Below are positions 53,324-62,541 of a DNA stretch of 62,541 nucleotides, in pieces. Source of the DNA: Chiloscyllium plagiosum. Its lineage: Eukaryota. How positions within the stretch are numbered: the stretch's first letter is position 1; every line of letters starts with the position of its first letter. The notes below the pieces were generated by a model. The model worked only from the letters and a program-made list of their open reading frames with translations, was not told the origin of the DNA and did no database searches. The stretch lies in NCBI RefSeq assembly GCF_004010195.1, contig NC_057749.1:18718487-18781027 (forward strand). Reading direction: 5' to 3'. A program made the position numbers and the translations under genes.

Positions 53324-53933
53324 AGTTACATTTGAGCTTTCATTCCAGCAGGCTCTTATTGAATGGGAATTGTTGAGAGATGAAGTTTGGGGCTTGTGCC
53401 TTTGCTTGTTCTTGCAGTTTGACAGTGCACACATTCAGAGTAAGTGGGTTATTTGTCTCGAGCTTCGGTATGTGCTGTTCCTGCACAAGGCTGGTGAGTC
53501 AATCATTTAATGAGAGGAAGCAGAATAACACTCACTGGGAACATTCCCATAGTTATACTTAATAAGGGGGAGGTTGTCAGGGCATTTGTGAACATCAAGT
53601 GTCTGTTAGCATTTGGTTCTATATTGAGCTGAAACCCAATGAGAGGCTTGAGTTATAAGTTAGCTTTTTTAATACTGCAGGTTAGGAATTGGTGCATTAT
53701 TTTTTGATATATTGCAGTACAAAGGTAGATGAGCAAATTTTGTCAGAGGTATTGGAAATACAGAGGTTAACTCTTAAGCACATTGTCCATTTGGGTAAAA
53801 CCATACAGATCTGGAAAAGCTAGCCCTTTCTGAACTCATTTGAAGGTGTGCTGCCATTGAGTCAACTTGTCCTGACAAATCTGTAGTTGCCTGCTGGGCA
53901 CGTGTGCAGCTTTACACAACTTCCAATCAACAT

Positions 53934-54143
53934 TAAGTTAAAAATCTCACAACACCAGGTTATAGTCCAACAGGTTTAATTGGAAGCTCACTAGCTTTCT
54001 GAGTGCCGCTCCTTCATCAGGTGGTTGTCCATGAAGGAGCTGCGTTCCGAAAGCTAGTGTGCTTCCAATTAAACCTGTTGGACTATAACCTGGTGTGTGA
54101 TTTTTAACTTTGTACACCCCTGTCCAACACCGGCATCTCTAAA
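53934..54143. mobile_element. Fold-back Penelope-like terminal element (family B) downstream of the SNUPN stop codon
   Basis: Inverted arms ~53935-54017 and ~54031-54110; TSD tccaatcaacat at 53922-53933 and 54144-54155. Confidence 0.85.
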
Positions 54144-54499
54144 TCCAATCAACATGATTGTGTCAGCGTTCCTTCCAGTGATGAATGCAGTCCACTTCTC
54201 CATGTATGTGTTTGGTTGATCCTCGGGTCATAGGAAGGTTGGAGATGAGCCATCATTTTCAAAAACGAAATGTTGCTGAATTTGAGGTTTAATGTCTCTT
54301 CTTGAACAATTGTCCTCTGCAATATCTCTGTGGAAATGCAATAATCGGTTTTGCTGGCTGGAAATCCTGTGTTTTTATTTTGTCTGCTTTATCCCAGGCC
54401 ATTGTTTCTCAAGGTTGATTTATAGCTTTTCTGAAAGTGTTCAGCACTGTGCTGAGGATGATTGATTGTACTATCCACCAGTCTGGTGACCTGCTTTTT

Positions 54500-54505
54500 A
54501 ATAAA
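54500..54505 (+). promoter_or_regulatory. Distal SNUPN poly(A) signal candidate
   Basis: AATAAA followed by a GT-rich downstream element (tgtatttcagtgtttgtatg). Confidence 0.45.
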
Positions 54506-55970
54506 TCAAATTTCTCATTGTAAAACTGGATGTATTTCAGTGTTTGTATGCTTCTTTGTCACTGATCTAATTACTGCTGAGAAATAGATTTGTGAGCCAA
54601 ATTTGTCAGCTTTACTTCTAGTTAGCAAAGGGGCGGTGGTGAGACAAGAACCTCCTGGAGTCTCTGCTACAAGACTGAGTTGGCTCTTTGTTGACCAATA
54701 ACCCCTTGAGCAGGGGTAGTATAGCAAAATAACGTGGTGAGAAAGCTAAATTAAAGCTCACAATTAACCTGACCAAATCTACAGAACATATCCTGTTGTG
54801 GACAGATTTTAAAGCCCTCCTCTGAACTGGGTATAGAGGAAGGGTTCTATCCTTTTTAAGTGCAAAGTGGGAAGACTGATAGATGGCTGGACTAATTGAA
54901 GTCCTCAATAGATAAGTAATGCCGACTTAAGGGACTCAGTTTGGAAGATACTTGCCATGCAGGCAGCTAGAGAAAACAAATCCATTTGGGAGTTGCTCCC
55001 AGGGCAGAGGCGATGACCTCTCTCTTAAAGTCACTGTGTCTGATCAAAGGATCTGACATTGGGAAGTGAGGGGTGATGTGTCATTAATGCAACTCTGCGT
55101 TTGGTGACAGCCACCCATCCCTCATGACTCACCCATCTGCCTTGTTTACCTGTGGCTTGGTCCCTTGCTGGTCCTATACCTTGAGGGTCTGTTGCTGTCA
55201 GTAACCCCCCCCTCCCACTAATATTACTGCAGTAGTCACTGGTCATCACCTCTGACCCTAGGGGAAGGCCTGCCATTATCTCTAGTGCCTCATCCTGCCC
55301 TTGCTGCTTTTTTAAATACACATAGCAGAGGAAGACCCATTACTAATGAATGTCCAGCAGCATTTACTGTATTGTTAATATTAGGCAAGTATGGGTGCCT
55401 CCCTTGTTGGGGTTGGGGGCATGGTTCAAAAAATATCCTGTGTGAATTTGGCACTGCTGAGCCTACAAAGCTGGCATCCAATCAGATTGAGATGGGGGGG
55501 GGGTGGTGTTGAATCTTGATCTTGGGTGATTAATGTTGCTTTGTATGTAGAATGTTTCAGGGCAGCCCCCTTTTGAGTGGGTGAGGTCTGCACCAACATT
55601 TTAGTTGAGTGGTGTGGGGAATATGGCACTTTATAAAATTCAGACACATGTCACTGCAATTTTTCTCCATGTATTTAATCCAATTTTCTTCTAACTATTC
55701 CTAGTGAATCTGTATCTACCACCCTATCAAGTAGTGCATTCCAAATCTTAGTCTTTGCATTAAAGAGGTTATTGCTCGTGTCTCTTCTGGTTTCTCTGCC
55801 AATCACTTTTAATTTGTGCCCTTAGTCATTGGGACTAGTTTCTGTTTATTTTCTTTCTCCCTCTGTACACTTTCAAAACTCTTTTCATCATTCGCTTAAG
55901 TCTAGGTGGGACAGCTGGTGTTTCGTACGTTAAGCATAACTCAACTGTTATAAATAAAAATAATTTTCTG

Positions 55971-56377
55971 AAAGAATCGCATTTGCTTTTGAATTATCTT
56001 AATAACTGCTACAGGGTGGCTTCTGTTAGAGACAAAAAAAACTGCAGCTGCTAGAATCCAAGATAGACGAGCAGGAGGCTGGAAGAACGCAGCAAGCCAA
56101 GCAGCATCAGGAGGTGGAGAAGTCAATGTTTCCGGTGTATGCTGCTTGGCTTGCTGTGTTCTTCCAGCCTTTGTTCGTCTACCTTGGATTCCAGCATCTG
56201 CAGTTTTTTTGTCTCTAACAGAAGCCACCCTGTAACATAGAGTCATGGAGATGTACAGCATGGAAACAGACCCTTTGGTTCAAACCATCCATGCTGACCA
56301 GATATCCCAACCCAATCTAGTCCCACCTGCCAGCACCCGCAGTTATTAAGATAATTCAAAAGCAAATGTGATTCTTT
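55971..56377. repeat. Large inverted duplication around a Penelope-type terminal repeat, with a CR1 tail inserted in the right arm
   Basis: 55971-~56106 is the reverse complement of ~56139-56234 plus 56339-56377. Confidence 0.85.
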
Positions 56378-57012
56378 TAGTTTGTACTTGATGTCTCAAT
56401 TTAACATGACCAGTGCCTCATAGTGTCAGGGACTGGGTTCAACCCTGAGCGAAAGTGCACACCCCAAACAGACCTCCTCCACCATGTCTGTGTGGGTTTC
56501 CTCTAGGTGTTCCAAAGATGTGCAGGCTAGGTGGATTAGCCATGGGAAACGCAGGGTTAAAGGGATTGGTGTAATAGCATCGGTCTTGGTGGAGTGGGGG
56601 GGTCAGTGTGGACTCAGTGGGCCAAATGGCCTGTTTCCACACTATAGGGTTAACTGTTTTGTTCACCTGTCCCACCACCTTCAAAACATTGTGCACAAAC
56701 AATTCCAGATCTCTCTCTCTCTATCTCTTTTAAAATGATACATTTTGGTGGCAAGAGCAAGACACAATACAAGCCAAATTGTATCTTTCTTTTTAATATA
56801 AATTTCATCTGTCATGTGTCTTCTCAACCTAACCAGCCTGATAATGTCTTCTAGAAATCTATTACTATCTTCCTGATTTTTTTTTAAACTAAACTCCCAC
56901 GTTTTTCGTCTTTTGCAAGTTTTGGAATTGTGCCCAAAATCCCAATTCCACCAAATTCTTAATGTATTTTAAAAACAGCAGTTATCTTTGTATTTAACTG
57001 AAGGGACCAGTA

Positions 57013-57234
57013 TTACCATCAGTTCTGCGATAACACGGTAGTTCCATTCTCATGCAATCCTGTGCTATAAGAAAATCACGTAATAGCAGCACCATTTAAA
57101 CTAATGGGGCCGGAAGTGTTATAAACAATACACGCTTTACAAGTTTGCTGTATAGAAATAGTGTCCCCAATTCGTCAGTCGTGTTATAGCGAATTCGTGT
57201 TAACGAAACCCGCATTATAGCAGAAAGATCTATA
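57013..57234. mobile_element. Tigger/pogo-like MITE
   Basis: Imperfect TIRs (ttctgcgataa / ttatagcagaa), TA ends, internal gttata/taac repeats. Confidence 0.55.
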
Positions 57235-57249
57235 TATGCAGTAGTTCAG

Positions 57250-57469
57250 AATCAAGACTATAGTGCTGGAAAAGCTCAGCAGGTTAGGCAGCATCTGAGG
57301 AGCAGGAAAACCGACATTTCAGGCAAAAGCCCTTCAGCATTTCTTGATGAAGGGCTTTTGCCTGAAACGTCGATTTTCCTGCTGCTCAGATGCTGCCTAA
57401 CCTGCTGTGCTTTTCCAGCACCAGACTCTTGACCCTAATCTCCAGCATCTGTAGTACTCACTTTCGTCG
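57250..57469. mobile_element. Fold-back Penelope-like terminal element (family A)
   Basis: Inverted arms ~57252-57336 and ~57348-57432; TSD atgcagta(g/c)ttcag at 57236-57249 and 57470-57483. Confidence 0.85.
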
Positions 57470-59730
57470 ATGCAGTACTTCAGTCTGGAAAAGACCCGTT
57501 CATCATGAGTATTTTCTATCCCTTAGCCATTCTTTGCTGTGCTATTCCTGACCGTTTTATCCCATGGGCTTCAATTTCACCAGCAAGGTGATATGGTTAG
57601 GGTTTGATGTTTCATCAGACACCTTTTTTGAAGTCCACAGTGTAACATGAACTCGGGTGCACTCATCCTTGCTAACTGCTACACCATCAAAAAGTGCAAT
57701 ATACTTAGTCAAACGCAGATTTGCCATATAACATCCAAGCTGTTTTTTTTTTGTAGTCTGTGCTTGTCCAAGCAGCTATTGATTTTCTTACAGATTTTTT
57801 TTTTCTAAAAGGTTTCGCTTACCACCATTGTTAACCAGATCTAACAAGTACAGACCAGCCAATTTTTCTCTTTTGGCTAATTGTATGAAGGTTGTATGTT
57901 TTGCCATATGGCTTCTGGCACCATCCCGGTATTTAACGAGGATTGGAAGATTGGCTGGCACTCTGCAACTCACTCCCTTTCCTCTGACACTAATAATGCA
58001 TTGTATCCAGTCCTGGTGACCTGCACAGTGTTGCTCTTCAGGAGAGATGTTAAACCAAGGTCTGATTGAGGAGGATGATAGAAATCCTAGGGTACTGTTT
58101 GCAGGTGTGTCCATTTCACTCTCCACCAACATACTAATAACGGACCAACTGCTAAATTCTGTATACACTCTTCATGACAATGACTGACTTCAGGCTGTAG
58201 TAGACAGATTTTTGGTATCTCTGGGGTCAGAGGATTTGGGAGAGTTGACATGAAATTGAAAGTGAAATTGAAACCCAAGGTCTACCATGATTGTATTGAG
58301 AGGCTGAGCAGGCTCAATGGGTCATGTGGCCTTATGTTTCCATTTCTTATGTGTTCTATCTAGTTCATGAAACTGCATTACCAATGTATCAAGGATGTTT
58401 CTACAAATAGTACTTATGAAGTTTCTGACATCTGTATTGTGAAACTGATTGCTTTCTTGCAATTCTCATCACTTATCCTCTAAAGGTGTCAGCTCAGCAA
58501 TGAGTAAATGAGCAGTTTGTCACCTGAATCAGCAGGTCACGTGTTTAAGCCTCAATTCAGAAAATTTGGCATAAAATCAAGAAAGATGTTCCAGTGCACC
58601 ACTGCCAATGGTGCTGTCTCTTGTAGATTCAATTTTAAAGGGCAAAGGACTTGTCCCCCCAATATTCTGGTGAATATTCATCCTTCAGTTAGTATCATTC
58701 AAACCAAATAACTGGCAAACCGTTTTGCTCTCACTATCATCTCCATAACTTCAGATGTTGAGATGATTGTGTCCTTGTGAGGGGTGGCACCTTTGGGACT
58801 AATACTGGCTCATTTTTGGTTGTCAGCTTATATCTATCAACCTTACTTTAGTTGAAGCATTGTGTACTGATGTTAGACTTCAGTCCAATGTCAGGATTTT
58901 AATTTGGAGTGTCAATAAACATCCATTCTCCCTTCTATCTTTTGTTATAATTAAAAGCATTGCATGTGGGGTGTAGATAGTGAGACGGCATGCCATCATT
59001 CGTATTTCTTGACTTCGTACGCAAGGCAGTTCAGTCCATTGTGTTTGTGCCAGCTCTTCTGAAAAAACTGTCCAATTGGTGTAAGAACCCTGCAAACCTT
59101 TCATTTACAAGTGTCTCTCTGGATCTCTTTGAAAGCTGGCTGTGTTTAGACATAAGTGGAAAACATGGAACGCTTGCACTGGAGTCTGACAAGAAATTAC
59201 TCTTGTCTGTTCCTCCGAAATTCATTCAAAGCAGCAATGAAACAAATAACCAAACTGCAACAATTTCTTGCATTAAATTTTAATGAGTAAAATCAGGGAA
59301 GCACTGCAACAATTGCAATTAGCCTGTAAATTTATTTGCAAATTGGTACTTTTGGTGTGTGATAGGCTCTGAGTCACAATGTTAACTCTACACTGCACCT
59401 GTATGGAGGTCACTACACTCATGAGTGAAACTACAAGTGAAAAAGTGGACCATAGCAGCTGTTTTTGAGTAGAGAACAAACATCATTTGAAGTTATTATT
59501 GACTTTGCTTCCATCACCCTTTCAGGCTATCCATTCAAGGTCATAGCAACTCACTGAATAAAGAAATTTCTTGTCTCCCTCCGGAATTTTTGTCGTGCCA
59601 AAGAAAACTTTCCATTCACAAAAAATTAATCTATCCCATCCTTGGGAAAAAAATGTCCATATCCTTGGCCATGTTGGTGACTCAATTGCTCTTTTCCCAA
59701 CTTCCCTCCCTTCCCACCCACTTCTAACAA

Positions 59731-59817
59731 AACAATAAAACTTCACTTCCCTCCCACACACTTGTAACTCAACAATAAAACTTCACTCCCACACATTTGT
59801 AACTCAACAATAAAACT
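59731..59817 (+). repeat. Short tandem repeat (~35-40 bp unit, about 2.3 copies)
   Basis: aacaataaaacttcac...cacac(a)(c/t)ttgtaactc repeated. Confidence 0.7.
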
Positions 59818-61469
59818 GATAAAACATCCTAAAATTTTACAAATGTAAAATCACTGAATTCATGAATACACTGCTTGCCCACTTCGCCCTCCTATTCCCT
59901 GCCATCTGTGCTGCCTAACAGAGTGCTGCACCTACTGAGTCCTTGACTCATTTTCATTCTTTCTTTCCCCCCCCCTCAATGTTTGATTATATGAATTGAC
60001 ACATTAAGAGCATTTAGTTGATCTCCAGTGCTGCTTTTCACAGTAGTTTGGAGGACTTTCTGCTGCCGTATATGGGCACATTTCATAATGTGTGTGTTCC
60101 CCAGCACATCCTAATATTTACACCTGGCTTTTACTCTCTATCTCGGATTTGTCTTCTCCACGCCCTCTCCACTCCAACTCCTTATCAAAAATAAACCGAA
60201 TGGGTGTTACAAAACCAAACTCTGCAGTAAAAATGTGAGACGGTCATTAAGACTGTTCAGACAATTCAGATGGGCAGGGTCAAATGGTCTCCCATAAGAC
60301 CTGTACTTTAAAACCTAATGAATGTATATGCTGTGTGTATATTTTGCATGTGAAGGTATTGATTTTCCTTATTCACAAGGGAAAGGCCCTCAAAACTAGC
60401 TTATTCTGCCTCTCAAACACTTACTTGAAAAGAAAGCTTATAGTCTGTTTCTGTGGCCCTGATAGGAAGGGTAGGCATAATCGTTTTCACATAAATCAAG
60501 CTAATGTGAATGGATAATGAACAGCCTGTGTGCCATGTTTAATAGGCTAAACCAGTGGTGACCAACATTTCAGCTTTTCCCAACTTTAGGGGCCACAGCA
60601 GTGAAAGTGAAATTCACCAAAAACTATCAAAAGCAATAAATTGATATGAGTAATTAATACAAGCAACAAAGCTTATTAATAACACAATTTTTTGCATTTT
60701 CATTAAAAAGCAGAACGAGAGAGAGAACTAAACAGCCCCAACTCATGATCACTCAGGAGGGTTGGTAACTGGGTCTAATCTAATGAATTAGCGCTGACCT
60801 TCAGTTGCCTCTGGTGGGGTACACTCTGAGCTGGCTTTGTCAGCATTCCCATTAAAGTGGGGATCGGAAGTGAGTTGAGTTCCAGCCTGGGGTTTCCCCC
60901 TCTTCTGAGATGACTATAATATAGGAAATAGAAGCTGAATAGGCTGCTCAACCTCTGCCATTTTGTAAGAACACGACTGACCTCCCCCAGGCCTCGACTG
61001 CTATTTCAAAAGCGTATCTGGTTTCTCAAAAATCTCAGTGATCTAGCCTCCATGGCTGTCTAGGGTAGAGAATACCAGACATTCACTACTGTCTGGGTGA
61101 AGAAATTCCTTTGCATCTCAGTCTTAAATTAGTGTCCTCTTATTCTGTTACCATATTCCCATGTTCGAGACAGCCTGACTAGCGGAAACATCTCAACACC
61201 TCCCTGTCAAGCCCGTTCAGAATCTTATATTTTTTTGTATGATTGCCCCTCGTTCTTCGAAATGCTAATGAATGAAGGCCTAACCTGTTTCGTTATTCTT
61301 GATAAGTCAACCCCTTTATCCAAGAAACTAGCCTAATGAATGTTTGAACTGCCTCCAAAGTCAATATATCCTTCCCTTTCCCACACTCCTATTCCTTTTC
61401 CCCCTTTGTCTCTCACCCCTTTCTCATCTTCAGAAATAAATTCATGAGGCTCTGTGTTCTAAATCCTTT

Positions 61470-61960
61470 GATCATGGAGTCAGAGAGATAAACAGCATGG
61501 AAAAAGACCCTTCGGTCCAACTCGCCCACACTGACCAGATATCCTAAATTAATCTACTCCCATTTTTCAGCATTTGGCCCATATCCCTCTAAACCCTTCC
61601 TATTCATATACCCATTCAGATGGCTTTGAAATGTTGTAATTGTACCAGCCTCCACCACTTCCTGTAGCGTTCATTCCATACACACACCACTGTCTGTGTG
61701 AAGACTTTGCCCCTTAGGTCCCTTCTCAATCTTTACCTTAAACCCACACCCTCTAGTTTTGGATTCCCCTACTCTGGGGAAAAGACCTTGACTCTTCATC
61801 CTATTCACGCCCCTCATGATTTTAGAAACCTCTACAAGGTCACCCCACAGCCTCTGATGCTCCAGGGAAAACAGCCCCAACCTATTAAGCCTCTTCCCAT
61901 TGTCAAAACCTACAACCCTGGCAACAGCCTTGGATATCTTTTCTGAATCCTTTCAAGTTT
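61470..61960 (-). mobile_element. CR1/HER1 3' end, antisense
   Basis: LGLFSLEHQRLWGDLVEVSKIMRG. Confidence 0.85.
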
Positions 61961-62541
61961 AGCAAGATCGGGTGTATAAGGTTCTAAAAGGAGAGGGCAA
62001 ACAGCCAGAAATCGTGTTACATATTGGCACTAATGATATAGCCAGGAAAAGGATTGAGGAGATAAAAAGTGATTTCAGGGAGTGAGGATGGAAGCTGCAA
62101 AGCAGGATGAACAGAGTAGTGTTCTCTAGTTTACTATCGGTGCCACGAGATAGCGAGGCGAGGAACAGGGAGCGGGCGCAGCTTAACATGTGGCTGAGCA
62201 GCTGGTGTAGGAGGGAGGGCTTCAGATATGTAGGTAATTGGGATGCCTTCTGGGGAAGGTGGGACCTGTACAAGAAGGACAGGTTGCACCTGAACTGGAA
62301 GGGGACCAATGTCCTGGGTGGAAGGTTTGCTTGAGTAGTTCGAGAGGGTTTAAACAAGTATGCCAGAGGGGTGGGAACCTGAGCTGTATACCGGAGGTGA
62401 AAGTTGATGCAGATGACGCAATAGCAAGAGGTAGACCAGCTAGTGGGAAGGATTTTCCTGGGAAGGAACCAAGGGATCAGTTAAAGTGTGTTTGCTTTAA
62501 TGCAAGGAGTATCAGGAATAAAAGTGATGAACTTAGAGCAT
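61961..62541 (+). mobile_element. CR1/HER1 ORF1 esterase end to ORF2 start, running off the window
   Basis: [27 protein letters not shown], then CFNARSIRNK (APE start). Confidence 0.85.

Noticed and set aside
58880..59480. Cluster of short ORFs downstream of SNUPN
   Set aside because: No recognisable protein similarity or consistent splice structure.
59731..59817. Repeat-spacer-like pattern
   Set aside because: A simple tandem duplication in eukaryotic DNA, not a CRISPR array.
60589..60602. ggggccacagcag, resembling the start of the CPEB3 HDV-like ribozyme
   Set aside because: The downstream sequence cannot form the nested pseudoknot; treated as a chance match.

Overview
Vertebrate genomic DNA. 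The repeat content (HE1/V-SINEs, HER1/CR1 LINEs, Penelope-like elements) points to a cartilaginous fish, probably a bamboo or carpet shark (inference). Two + strand genes are present. The first is the last three coding exons of PCLAF (PAF15/KIAA0101, 2335-3843). The second is a complete SNUPN (snurportin-1) gene, with a probable CpG-rich non-coding exon 1 at about 13.6-13.75 kb and 8 coding exons at 17648-53221 (363 aa). The rest is mostly retrotransposon-derived, with one 829-N gap. Highlights: (1) about 20 minimal hammerhead-ribozyme motifs carried by Penelope-like termini, including four ~200-bp fold-back elements from three families with 12-14 bp target-site duplications; (2) two core-intact, sense-strand hammerheads 718 nt apart in SNUPN intron 3; (3) a frame-preserving duplicate of SNUPN exon 7 pasted into a LINE remnant, with a shifted in-frame acceptor; (4) a 400-bp inverted duplication that extends beyond the element's terminus. 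All coordinates were read by eye and repeat boundaries are approximate.
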